Shown here piece after piece: positions 26,055 to 38,639 of a stretch of 64,000 nt of DNA (position 1 is its first letter; each line of letters opens with the position of its first letter). The position numbers were made by a program, and so were the translations under genes. The DNA is from Lama guanicoe (lineage: Eukaryota), in assembly GCA_013239625.1 (NCBI GenBank), contig MU053493.1, forward strand, positions 877,793 through 941,792, given 5' to 3'. The notes under the pieces are model-generated. The model had not been told where the DNA came from. It did no database searches and saw only the letters and a list, made by a program, of their open reading frames with translations.

Positions 26055-27261
26055 GTTAACAGTTGAGATTTGATGAAATCTTCCGAAATCTCTTTAGGGA
26101 GAATACCTGATAGTGATTTGTTCTGTATTCATCACTTTCCTAAAGTCATATGTAATGTAGTGTAGGAGGGAAGGATTCTGAATATTGAGTGTTTCTTTTA
26201 TTCAGAAAATGAATAAATTGTACCACACTTGAATCTCATGCTATAAATTGACTCCCTTCTCAAATCCCCTTGTACACGGATTGTGTTTGTTCTTGATTCT
26301 ATATTCTCAATGCCTAAAGTTTTATTTGATGCCAGATATCCTGAGATCATTAAATGAATGATAGCAGAAGTAGCCATCATTAAATGAATGATAGCAGAAG
26401 GGACACATTTAGATGCCAAATCCACCTTCAGTGATAGAAATTGCAACTTCTCCAGCCCTGAATGGGTTTGAAGGCATAAAATAAGAATCACAAGATCATC
26501 AAGAAAGAAATAAAGCCACTGTGGATTTTCCTTACTCCTGTTTGACTTCCTTGGAGAAGAGATGGCACTTACAGACTTGGCACTTTTTCTTTGTCCCCAG
26601 AGACATCCTGGAGTTTCTGTTCTGTTCTCAAAGTGCACTGTGGATAATATGAAAATGCCTTTCTGGGGAACTCTCCCAGTGGCTACAACTTTCCTGGATG
26701 ACCTGGTGCCATATTAATAAAATTTTAAACCCCCAAACTCCCCAGGAGTCAATAAATAATGCAGACTGAAATCACTGAATATTATGCCTCTGAGAGCCGT
26801 TTCACTGAAATTCACTGATTCAACGTTCTTCCTAGGAAGTTCTGCCTCCTTCAGCATTCTCACTATGAAGCTGGCCAGCCCGAATGTCAAGGTCCTTAAA
26901 AGCCCTTCTTGCAGCTGTCACCCCTTCTCTGCACACAAGTGATGAGGACATAAAGTTGGTTCTCAGAGAATATCAACTACATCGCATCTCCAAAGGCTGG
27001 TTCATTTCTTCTCAGTTTCCAAGTCTGTGGAAGGAAATCAGATATCCTCACTCTGTCTGTTTAGCAGCTTTTGCGCCTCTCCACCCCACCATAAAATCCA
27101 AAGAACAAATTGAAAAGCCTTTTAAAGGCTGACTCAAAGCCTTTCCCTTCTGTTAACAATCCCTTAGAGTCTTAGGTTTGGAAGACTTGGCTTCTTAATT
27201 GTATCAGTGCTCTTATTCTGGAATTTCCAGAGCCAATTCTTCACAAATCATGTGCTATTGA

Positions 27262-27385
27262 GGGGGTGGTGGCTATAGTTCAGTGGTAGAGCATGTGCTT
27301 AGCATGCGTGAGGTCCTGGGTTCAATCCCCAGTACCTCCATTTAAATAATTAATTAATTAAAACTAAAACAACAGAAAAGGAACA
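27262..27385 (+). mobile_element. Vic-1-like tRNA SINE
   Basis: tatagttcagtggtagagcatgtgcttagc...gggttcaatccccagtacctccat; flanked by tgtgctattga repeats. Confidence 0.85.
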
Positions 27386-27784
27386 AATTGTGTGTGTGCT
27401 ATTGATATGTATACTAACAACAAAAGTAAAACAAGCCACAATCCTTTTCAAGTTCTCTTCCAGAGGGAGAGAGGATGGCACACACATGGCAACTGCTGAT
27501 GGAAAATAAAGGATGCTTTAGGGAAAGCACCTTGACTGCTTCACTTTCAGGTGCAGTGTGTCCATAGGCACAGAGATGCCTGGTACTACAGCCCTTGCCT
27601 CTGTCCTCCCCATGCTGTCCTTGGCTCAGGAGCAAGGAGAGAGCTCCAGGGCAGGTTTGTACACTCAGGGCAGGTTTGAGTCCCCATAAGTCTGTGCACG
27701 CCTTTCTTTCCACTCTAACAGTCAATGGTGATATATAAGCATCCTTCTGAATGCACTTGTGGTGGCAGGGACAGACCTAAGAAC

Positions 27785-28000
27785 ATTATAATTTGCAAAT
27801 GATAACCACCATATATAAAAATAGAAAAAAGCCAAATTTCTTCTGTATAGCACAGGGAACTATATTCAATATCTTGTAATAACCTTTAATGAAAAAGAAT
27901 ATGAAAATATGTGTGTGTGTGTATACATACACACGTGACTGGGACATTATGCTGTACACCAAAAATTGACACACTGTAAGTGACTTTAATTTTTAAAACA
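27785..28000 (+). mobile_element. L1 3' UTR fragment
   Basis: tgtatagcacagggaactatattcaatatcttgtaataacc...tgctgtacacc. Confidence 0.8.
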
Positions 28001-28164
28001 TAGGGATCTAAGTAAAACCTGAACCTTTCTTGGTTAGTCATGAGCTTTAGGACAGTTCTCCCCTTCGTATGCTATGTTACCTCACCCCAGAAATGGAGCC
28101 ACTGATACCTACCACACACGGATGTGGTCAAAGGAGATAATGGGTATTTGGAAATAATTGAAAA

Positions 28165-29205
28165 TATTAGCAGATGGAAGGACCCCTAAATTAGGAGGCT
28201 CACCAAAGTGTGAGTTCTTGCCGCCGGCTGTGAAAGAATTCACTCGTCAGAGGCAGAGGGACAGAGTGATAGCCGCTGTATTGCTCAGAAGGGGAAATGG
28301 AAGGGAAGTGCTGGAGCAGGGAGAAGGGAAGAGAAGCACTGGATGGAGGAAGAGGTGCTTGAGCTGGGAGCCATCAGCCAAGACGGGCGGTAGGGACAGC
28401 TCCTGCCCCAGGCAGGCCATGTGGACTTTTATGGGAGGCTTCTGACATCATGGCCTCCTTCCAGGTGTGCTAGAGTCAATCAGTCCTTGTAAGGGCTTTT
28501 CAGTCCTTGTACAGACTTTTCCAGGTGTTGGCATGGCAATCGTCAGCTGTCATGGCTCTGGTGGCTATGTCACTTAGCAGCTAATACATTACAGTGAGCG
28601 TGTAATGAGGCTCAAGGTCCACTGGAGGTCAGATCCTCCATCATCTTGGACTGGGTGGGTTCTAATTGGTTCTCATTTCTTCTTTGTAGCTGCTTCCTGA
28701 GACTTAGATAAGAGTAATTGGTTTCAAATGTGCAGTATATTGTATATATGTATTTACATGCAATATAATGTGTATGTGCAGTTGAACTATAATAATTCTA
28801 CCTAAAAAAACTGAGAAAGAAAAAAAAGGAGTAATTAGCTTCTATTTGAGGGAGGGCCAGAGGTATGATCCTGGTGGCAACAGCCTTGGTAACAAAAAGG
28901 AAATCTGCTTTTAATCAGAATGCCTGCAATCTAGTAGACTCAGCATCCCCCCACACCCCCAAAAACCATCTCCAAAGATTCTGTTTAGCCATGAAAGTTT
29001 TATAGTGAAATGAAGGAATGATCTTAGTTAACCCTTGAGATAGGTGGTCAGAGTCATTGCCATCCCCCAGTGCCTGGTGGCTTGTCCTGGTCAACTGCAT
29101 GAGCTGCTCTTCTAAGACTCAGGGAGGCCTGGGAGACATCAGCTTTTCTATAAACAAGAGGCAGGGGTTAGGGGAATGCATGGGGCCCTGCTCCCTTTCA
29201 AAAAC
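28165..29205 (-). mobile_element. ERV LTR(s), with a short poly(A)-tailed insert at ~28725-28828
   Basis: LTR-like content (tgaaagaattc.., ttggcatggcaatcgtcagctgtcatggctctggtgg, related to 31950-32060); insert bounded by gagtaattggtttc / gagtaattagcttc. Confidence 0.6.
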
Positions 29206-29747
29206 ATCAAGGAAAATGTAATCTACATCCACTACACGTTCCCCTGACTTTCCACTGTACATTTTTTATAACTTTAATTAGGCGTGCTGCAAAGGATGAA
29301 GCTTCCTACAAGTCAGCTCAATGACTGGCTTTTGGTAGGGAATTTTATAGGAAACAATGGTGAGATGGTTGTAGGTGTGGATACAAAACGCAGCACAGCT
29401 GCTGAAGGCAGAGTGGAGTGAGTCCAGGGAGTGGTCAGCCTCTCTCAAGGCTGACAGTAGGCAGAGCAGGTGTGCAGCTGGTGTCTAGAATTCTTAGTCT
29501 ATTAAAATCCTTTGTAAAAATGCTAACGCATTTATCTTCCTAGGATAAATTTCATACATTACATCACACAAAAAGTTCTGTTCCAGATCAGGACTGGAAC
29601 AAGGATTTTGTTTGTTTGTTTGTTTTTTGTTTTTCTTTTCTTTTTGTTGTTGCTTTAATATATGTTTGTAAAGTACAGAAATCTGTTAGTAATCTGCTAC
29701 AAAGAAGGCTACATTAGCCTTTTAATTTGTGTTTGCTCTTTGAGTCT

Positions 29748-30030
29748 CGTCAACTGAAAAAAAATGCACAACCTGAAAGCTGAGAATCATGTTTTATTGA
29801 AGGACATTACTGAAAACTGTAGCCCAGGAAGGCAGCCTCTCAGATTGCTTTGAGGGACTGCTCCAAAGAGATAAGGTCGGGACCGGGACATATAGGAGTT
29901 TTGCTAAAAAAAAAAAAAATGTAGAAAATGTAGTCTAACATCAAAAGATTACTGCTAATCACCAAAAACAAACACAAAAAACAGACATCTCTTTAGTGCT
30001 TTTCTATGTAGGAGAAGATGGAAGAGTTCA
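29748..30030 (-). mobile_element. ERV LTR fragment
   Basis: gtcaactgaaaaaaaatgcacaacc..gttttattg...cagcctctcaga...ctgctccaaagag, similar to the element at 30947. Confidence 0.55.
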
Positions 30031-30227
30031 CAGGGGTCACTGAACTCAGCCTGAAATCAATGAATCAAACCTTAAAAATTATCCAGAGGATAAAAGGTGC
30101 ATAATACAATCAAGAACCAGGACACCATGACCCCCAGGCTAGCTGAGGGTCAGCAGTAACGGCAGCACAAGCCCCCACCTGTCCCAGCGAGGGGGTTTGA
30201 GAAGTCACTTCATCCAGAGCAGCATTG

Positions 30228-30302
30228 TGACCCAGTCCAGGCCAGGGGTCACTCCTCACTGGCTGACCCAGTCCAGGCCAGGGGTCACTCCTCACTGGCT
30301 GA
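30228..30302. repeat. Tandem duplication of a ~36-bp unit
   Basis: tgacccagtccaggccaggggtcactcctcactggc occurs twice in a row. Confidence 0.95.
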
Positions 30303-30946
30303 GTAGCTCTTGAGCCCCATACTAACAGCCACAGCCCAGCTTCAGGCCTGAAAAGCGTCACTCACTCCTACCCTCCAGAAGTTACCACCCCTGGCCTTTG
30401 AGAGAGAAGACCCCAGGGAGCAATCATCTGATCACAAGGGTGAAACTTTTTAATAGTTCTCATTAAATATTCATGTTTCTTTTGCTATAGATTTCATCTC
30501 TTTGACCCTCAGTTGTTTGTTTTTATTGTTTGTTGTCTTCTGTTACAGTGAGTAGGTAGTCTTAAGGTTGTGGACCTCAAAATACATTTCTAAAGCATAA
30601 GAATGCTGTTTCCAAGTGAAAATTAACCCAGTGTATGCATGCACATTTACATATACACTTGAATATTCATATAAATGTACATTGGCACATGCATATCATT
30701 TAAATTTCATATGTAAGTGCATGTACCCATATACACACATATCATGTGTATACGTATGTGCAGATCACATCACATGCACACGTGTTTGCACACAGAGACA
30801 CATGCACACACACATACAAAAGCACAATTGTTCTAGATGAAGCTGTGGCTCTGCCTCCCTGCCTCCCAGTCCAGCCTTCATGGCGACACCCAGGCACCAT
30901 CACAAAACTCCTGGGCTCCAGCCAGTTCTGCTTTAAAACCACCAAG

Positions 30947-31320
30947 TTGTCAACAAAATATTAATCTGTCAATCTAAGACAGAAATGGAAAATTTTATTC
31001 GAGCCAAATTTGAGGATTACAACCCAGAAAGAGCATCTAAAAAAGCTTTGAGAACTGTTCTGCGCATTCGAAATCAAGGCACAACTACATGAGTGTTTCT
31101 AGACAGAGGGCTGTATATCAAATGACGTATTATTGACAGTTTACATTATCCAGATCTAAGCGCCATCCTGGTGGGTCATGTGACCCCTTTCAAGTTCAAG
31201 AAGGAATGTTATCTGTAAGGAGCTGTCTTGCTGATGCTCAGAGAATGTTGCCCTTTATTATTGAGCAGGCATTTCTGCCGATGGGGGAGGTTTGGTTGAT
31301 GCATAAAGCAGATTCACAAC
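30947..31320 (-). mobile_element. ERV LTR fragment
   Basis: tgtcaacaaaat...ttttattcgagccaaatttgaggattacaacccag...gagaactgttctgc. Confidence 0.6.
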
Positions 31321-31334
31321 CTAACCTCCTGCAA

Positions 31335-31475
31335 CACAAGTAGCTTAGAGCTGAGGAATCATCTCATAATTCTCACCCAAATCTCATGGAGTAAGTGTTG
31401 CCATTATTTTCATTTTACTTAGAAGGAAACTGAGACTCACGGAGGATAAGCAATTTGCCCGAAGTCACGTGGCAT
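31335..31475. mobile_element. MIR remnant
   Basis: cattttac..agaaggaaactgagactca..gaggataagcaatttgcccgaagtcac. Confidence 0.7.
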
Positions 31476-31784
31476 GGAAAACACTAATTCACTTGTGATA
31501 GAAAGTGCTTTAAGCAGAAGCCAGCCACACTGAAGATGTTTTGGGAGATCCAAGGGTCCTAACTAAGAGTTTGGAATGTCCAGGCTCACATAAACACACA
31601 CACACACACACACACACACACCCATAAGGGAGAAAATAAATCAAGCTGCTACAGTCAATCGATTGCAGGGTCACAGCTGATATCTGTCTCAGCTAGTCAG
31701 GGTCTTTTCCTGTCAGATGACCCAAATTTTAGTTCATCAAGGGTCAGAGTTCCTAGCTGTCCTGCCTATATGACATTGCTGTTG

Positions 31785-33465
31785 TTGTTTGTATTTGTTT
31801 CCAAGGGCTGCTGGAACCAATTAACACAGACTGAGTGGCTTAAAAACAACAAAAATTTATTTTGTCAAGTTCTGAGACAGGAGGGAAGGGGGCAGGGCAC
31901 AAGCATCAAAAGAATGACACGGCCATTTGCACCAAGATGGTGGGAGACTCAACACCCAGTGGACCCGGAGCTTCAGTATATGCTCATTGTAACACGTCAG
32001 CTGCTGAATGACACACCCACAGGCATCATGGCAATAACCATGCTGACCGTTAAAGGTCAAAAAGTGGGTGATGGCCCAATTCCTGGGAATCCCAGCCCTT
32101 TCCCCAGAGTGACTGGAATGGTCCTCCCGCTTGTTAGCATATGACGTTACCAAGTCCATAAAAACTAACAACCCCTCATCCTGTGTGCTCTCTCTTTCTC
32201 CTTCTCTCACCTTCTGTGGAGTGTGTATCCACTTTTACCTTAAACTAAACACCCCACACCTCATGTCCTCTCTGCCCTTCTGAGATGCCTGCACTCTTGT
32301 CTATGGAGTGTGTCTCCCTGACTAAATCTACCTTCACTCTACTATGTCTTGCTCTTGAATTCTTTCCTGCACAAAGCCAAGGACCCTCACTGGGATGCGC
32401 CTAAGACCTGAGACAAGACCATCCTCTTGTGCCCCATTTCCTTGTATCAGTTCTGAAAACCAGAAGCCTGAAATCAATGTGCTGTCAGGGTCGGTTCCTT
32501 CTAGAAATTCTGAGGGAGAATTCGTCCCATACCTCTCTCTTGGTGTTGCCAGAGCTGCTCCAGGTCTTTACTCAAAACCCACCCACCCTCACCTTTAGCA
32601 GGAGTGAACATAAACATTTAAGCCAAAGGGTCCAAAGATAACAAAGGAAACTACAAACAAACAAACAAACAAACAGCAGATGGAACCAGCTGGGACCAAG
32701 ATGGTGACAAATTTGACCTCCAACAGACCTTGAGTCTCATTATACTAGGACTTTACTAATTAGCATATTAAATGACACAGCTATGGTGGAAATGACAGGC
32801 CATTAAGGGTCAAACAGGATTAAAAATGGAATGGCACCCCACTTCCTCAAAAAGGTCCTACCCCTTCCTCCCTCTCCCCACCCCTCCACCCCATAGACTG
32901 ATGCACACACCTCCCCATCATTAGCCTCACTCCTCCTCCCTTTGTCTTTACTCTTTAAAATTAAGTCCCTCTCAGAAGGTGGGCGAGAAGTTGATCTGTG
33001 AACTTAGTTCCTGCTTCTCCACCCTTTGGCCACTGACTAAAGCTTGTGCTGTGTCGATGGACCTCAGCTTTGGTTTCATTATTTGGCTGCTCAAACCAGG
33101 AAGGAAAAAGGACCCTCCCCCACTGAGACAGAGAGCCTGGGCTGGGCTAGGGACCGAGCAGTGTCCATCTGACTAGCTTCTGGTGGTAGCTGGAAATCCT
33201 GGTCACTACTTGCTTTGTTCCTACATAACTCCAATCTCTGCTCGATTGTCAGATGACACTCTTTCTCTGTGTGTGTTCTGTCTCTTCTCCACTTCTTCTA
33301 AGAACATCTGTCATATTGAATCAGGGTCCATCTGAATCCACTATGACCTCATCTTAACTTGATTACATCTGCAAAAACTCTATTTCCAAATAAGGTCACA
33401 TTCACAGGTACCAGAGTTTTTGACTTAAACATGTATTTTGGGGGGACACAATTTAGCCCACAGAA
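31785..33465 (-). mobile_element. MLT1-like LTR with two nested plus-strand ERV LTRs (~31880-32440 and ~32560-33170)
   Basis: MLT1 pieces (gtggcttaaaaacaacaaaaatttattt / agttctgaaaaccagaagcctgaaatcaa / tgacctcatcttaacttgattacatctgcaaa) separated by blocks that share ccaagatgg...aatgacac motifs. Confidence 0.7.
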
Positions 33466-33479
33466 TTGTCCACTAACTC

Positions 33480-35300
33480 TTGTTGGACATGGGAGAAGCT
33501 CTCCAGCACATCATCCAGGAAAGTCCTCCCTACCTCCCTTGTGTAGCAGAAACCCAGTTTCCCTTTAGTAATCAGAATCATTGACTTTCAGCCAGGACAG
33601 GAACCCTCTTCTTTGGAATCCCTTGGGAACAGAGTCCCAAATGACAGGACGCAGCCTCTAATTCAATGGATACATCACTGTGTTCTCTGACAGAAGCATT
33701 CCCTCCCTTTGGGACTAGGACCTCTAAACCGGCAAAGTGCACAGTTCTAGGGATGGGAAGCAGAACTTCTGCAGAGGAGATGTTAGGCACAATAGTGAGG
33801 AAAACTGTTTCCAGTGATACTTCTTTGATTCCCAGACTCATGTGTCCTGATCATTGCTTGCCGGTCCGAAGTATACACCTCTTCCAGTGTGCTGTCTCCC
33901 CGTTGGTGCCCTAATGGGGTCTTCTCAGGCCATCCTGCCCTTACATCAAGACGGTGGCTTCTGGGTGACAGGGAAAATGATAGGAGATGTAAATTTCATG
34001 AGCCTATTATCTGGTTCCTTTGACTGTGAAGTGAGTGCCTTGATCAGAAGCAGTGCTGCATGACATAATGTGATGGTGAATGTGGCTTTCCAACAAAGTG
34101 AAAAACTAAACATCAGTTTAAGGTTTCATCCACTTGGAGGACATCCCTTCCCCTGATGTTTAGGGCCACCCTTGAGTGACGCTGTGGTGCTGCAGTGGTT
34201 CACTGACAGTTGGTATCAGCCTATCAGGCAGAAACATCTGTAAACCAGCCTGTCATCAGGAACTCCCCGCAAGGTCATAATGTAAGTTGTGGGGGAGAAA
34301 TGGAGACACAGAAGATGCCAGACGATTCTGAGCCACCCGCTCATGAAACCTACTTGTGCCTCCAGGACTTGCTCACACCCCTTCCGCCTTGTGGCTCTGT
34401 GAGTTAGAGAACAGCCAATTCTTGGCAATCAGCTTTCATCACAGAGTCACTGAGTTCCCATTTCGGCCTACAAAGTTCGTAGCATAGCAAGATGGAAACT
34501 GATTTTTTAAATAATAACTGTTGGCAGCACAGAACATGTCTTTGCTCTCCAAATCTAGACGTTAGACATTTACATTGCCAATCTCTTATTTGAGTTGGCG
34601 AGAAGCTCCACATAGTGTCCCTGCTGGAAACAGACATCTCAAGTACCACTATGCTGTTAACCTTAGGCCCAAGACACCTGCTCCGGGCCCCACTCAACAT
34701 CCGGAGTTTGGTAGTTTTTCAATAAATGCACTGGGACAGCTCTTCCAAATAAAGTGTATGCCGCCTCCAAGGAGACCCACCCAGACTACTCATTTCTGAG
34801 CAGCAGGCAGCTGCAGAAGCCGCATCTTGTCTCTCACTTTGGAGGGACTGTCCCAAGATGCCTCAGACCACCTGGCCCTTAGAAACCTCTCCGCGGTCTG
34901 GGGCCCTGAGTTTCCTGGAGTTTACTGCTCACCTTCTGCCACACACATGTCTCATTGAGACATTTAAGGCTGTTGCTGTCCCTGCTCGTCAGGTTCAATC
35001 ATCATCATATCATGGGAGTATCACAGAAGAGTGATGAGAGTGTTCCTCTGTAGGATCCAGAGATGTCTGGGCCATCACAGAGAGCAGAGATGGCCCCATT
35101 GGATGTGGGCTATTGTCCAGTCCGGGTTTCACTCCACCGGCCAAGCAAGCTGAGAGCTACCTCATAGGAGCTCCATTAACCCATTCAGCTCGAATCCCTG
35201 TAAGCACCCTCACCTGGATGAAGTTAGCCTTGACTAGTGCTGAATTCTGCATTTCATGGTTTAACATTCTTAGAACCCATGGCCATCTTACCCGTGTGTC
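33480..35300 (-). mobile_element. Decayed ERV-L internal region (RT/RNase H/integrase/dUTPase remnants)
   Basis: Minus ORF 33578-33841 AGLEVLVPKGG..., typical of the ERV-L dUTPase start. Degenerate RT motifs (F-L-x-x-x-W-S at ~34860-34890, YIDD-region remnant at ~35000). Confidence 0.65.
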
Positions 35301-38204
35301 TGGTGATTTGACTTAGCATATCTTTCTCTTTTTGTCTTTTCCCCTTCCTTTCCCTTCTCTCCTCTTTCTCTCCTACTCTCTCTCTCTCTCCCTCCCTCCC
35401 TCTTCCTCTCTCACCTCTTCCCTTCCCCTCTCAACACCCCCAAGTGTAAAGCTCTCCTCATGAGTCAGATTTTGCATCTGCCTCTGTGAATCCTACTTGA
35501 TAGATGGGACCCTAATTAGGAGTCTCAAGGCAGAACTCTCCCATAAAGATGACTGGAGGATAATCAGAAAGGGGAGGTTCTTCACACCTGGTGTGTGGGC
35601 TGCTTCTTCCCACAAGGGTGGATCAGAGAGTCTTGGGGAGCTCAAGAATCCCAGTTTTTCTGAAATCCACACATGGATCCAAATTCCAAGCCTCAGAGAG
35701 CCACTGCACTGCAATCCAGCCTCACTGGTTTGCACATTATACCCTTGTAATTTGTATGCAAGTTACACTGTAATTAATTGTGAGTCACATTGTAATTATA
35801 TCATCTCCTCAGTTAAGTTCTGAGTCTGTCTTACAGCCATTTATGCCTTTTTTTTCAAGAAAGAAAAGTGTTTTATACTGTTTTGTTTTGAGTCTCACTG
35901 CAGAAGCTGTCTGATTCTCTGATCACGATGAGAGCCAAGGGTTTAAAGCCCTGAGAGCATGTCAGTCATTCAAGCTGTCTTGTGACTGCTCTCCTGGGCA
36001 GTCCCATGTGGCTTCCCCACACCCCGACCCCTGCAGGCTTGTCATCATCGTCACCACAGTGAATGTCAAGTACACCACCCAAGGCACTTGCTTCAATAGG
36101 CACTGCTTCCCTAGCAACCTGCAGTGCTAATTGAATCCTAATGCCACTGCACACCATAGATGAGTGGAATCCCATTTTCCACTCGACATTGCATTCAAGG
36201 TAAAGGACTTGACCAAATCAATCCTGAAATCCCACATCAGATGCTAATAACAGGGTCACACGGTCTGTACTTTATACATTTTTTCATTCTTAAAAAAGTC
36301 AAGTTTGTTAGGGTATCTCTTGGGAGCAGATCCATTGTTCACCAAGGCCATGCTTACTTTTAAACTTAAAAACAATAGATGTTTAAACACTACTTTCTGG
36401 ATATGGGTAGGGGTTTGTTTGGGTCATTGTAGATATTTTGTGATAATAACTATTAACTACAGAACCATGCAAACTCATCATTAGCACTTACTATGCTCTT
36501 TTGACGTCATCTTCATCTCATGTCTTTGAAATATGCATCTTGGAAGTATCCCAGAGGGCTGGCTACACCACCCACACCACATCACCTGCAGGCTCGGGGC
36601 TGTGTGTGGGATATCTGCCTGTGTCTAAACTCCAAGGTCCTTATTTAATGATACTGGCTGGATGCAACCAATGGTCTGTGTGAGGCCTGAAAGGGCAAAC
36701 CTGGTGAATGTGCTCATTTGGAGAAGCAATCTTAATTTGATAATGTGACTTGTAGCATCAAAGTTACTAAAATTCAAGGACTTAATAGATTTCTCTATTT
36801 GTTGCATCAATAGTAATTATAGGAATTAGCTGAAATGCACTATCATTTAAATGCAACAGGAAAATATATTGTCTTTTAGGGAACTCATCCTCACCAACCC
36901 CCACTTCAAAAGAGTGAAAAAAAATATGTTACATATGGACCATTTTTGGTGTTTGTGTGTAATTATATATATAATTAAATTTGTTTGAAATATATAATAT
37001 ATATTACATATGTATGTAGCGGGAAAGCTTCGTTTTTTCAATGCTATGTGCTTCACCAGTGGTTCTGGTTTCTGGCTATTTCTGTAATGTTGGGACTACA
37101 GGTGTCATTCTATGCCCAGTAGACTTAATGGCTTTTCTTATTTGGGTTCAGTCCCTCTGTCCCCTCTGAAAGGAGCTTCCAGGGTCTGGAATTTGGTAGC
37201 CATGGCTGGGGGTGCTTAAACTGGCCACACCACCTACCCGTTTCATAATCATCAGGCTTTTCAGGTATCATCTTGATCATCATTTTCCTCATCCTTGACT
37301 CATCCACTTAACAATCATGGCATATTTCCACAGAGCTCTTAATCTGTCACATCTCAGTTACCTGAAGAAGGGGCTGTAGGATGGGGCCAGGAACTGGGCC
37401 AGGAGACCCACAAAACCATGGAGGTGGTTTTGAGGGATTTACTGTCATTGGAAGGAAGTCCAGGCCAGCAAGCATGAAAAGTCACAGAGCAACACCTGCC
37501 TAAGAGCAGAGCATAGGAACAGAAAGTGAGTTTCTGAGAATCCCTGAAAAGCCAACACAGGAAAGCAGACAAGTACCCACCAAGTTTTGGTCTTGGGCTG
37601 GTCTGCAGTCCCTAGGGAGGCACCTGTCAGGAACAGAGCTAGGGACTGGGTTCCATGACCTCTCTGGCAAAACCCTTCTACTCTGTCCCTTGTTCATTCT
37701 GCTCCAGCCACCTTGGCCCCTCCTCTTTTTTGAACTTGCTGATGATGCTCCTGCCTCAGGGCCTTTGCACTTGCTGTTCTTCCAATCTGGAAGGCACTTC
37801 CCCTGATACCCAGATGGTTCATTCCTTTATTTCCTTCATAGCTTCACTTAAAAGGCATATTCTCAGTCAGCAGGCTTCCCTGACACATGATCCAAAGGTT
37901 TATATTTCATCTCCCTACAGACCAAATGTATGTCTCCTTTCTCTGTTTTATTTTCCTCTTTTCCATGTATCACTAACTCTATGTTTTCCTAATTTTCCTC
38001 ATTTAAGGTGTCTCCTCTACTAGAATGTAAGCTCCCTAAGGGAATGGTGTTAGTTGAAGTGGTGGCTTTTGTTCATGGCTGATGGTCTAATGCTTAGAAC
38101 AGAGCTTGGAACACAGTAAAGGCTACTCAGTATTTACCAAATAAATGCATAAAGTGACCATGCAAATCTCTTCCTGAAGAATAACTATTGTTAACACTTT
38201 AGTA

Positions 38205-38590
38205 TGTGTGGTAGATTGACATACTGGCCCCGGTCTCCACCCCTCTTGGCATGGACAGCTGGTCGCAGTGTCTTGACTTTGGACTGAGCTTCGGGACCTA
38301 CTTCGGCCAAGGGCAGATGGCAGAAGCTATCGTGTGCCAGTTCCAAGATCAAGGATCCTGGGTGCTTCTGATTGGCTTTTGAGTTTCTTCCACCAGTTTG
38401 AGAACCACATGTCGTATTTAGCCTGCTGATTCAAGACCAGGAAGATGAGGAACACATGGGACAGACTAGAGCATGGCTTATGTGGTCAGGCAGAGCTGCT
38501 CTGGGACCCAGAGAGTCATCCTAATAAGAACTGGTTGTCCAGGTGCACTGCGTTTATTACACAACAGAATTGTCGCAATCAATATCTAAC
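38205..38590 (+). mobile_element. Old MaLR (MLT1-type) LTR
   Basis: tgtggtagattg...ttgactttggactgagc...gcagaag..tgtgccagttccaag. Confidence 0.6.
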
Positions 38591-38639
38591 CACTGCTGGA
38601 GGCAGTTTTCCCGTGATTTCATCATGCGCCTACAGAATC

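Noticed and set aside
26346..30302. Direct repeats as a CRISPR-like array
   Set aside because: Only two-copy duplications, no spacers, and a mammalian context.
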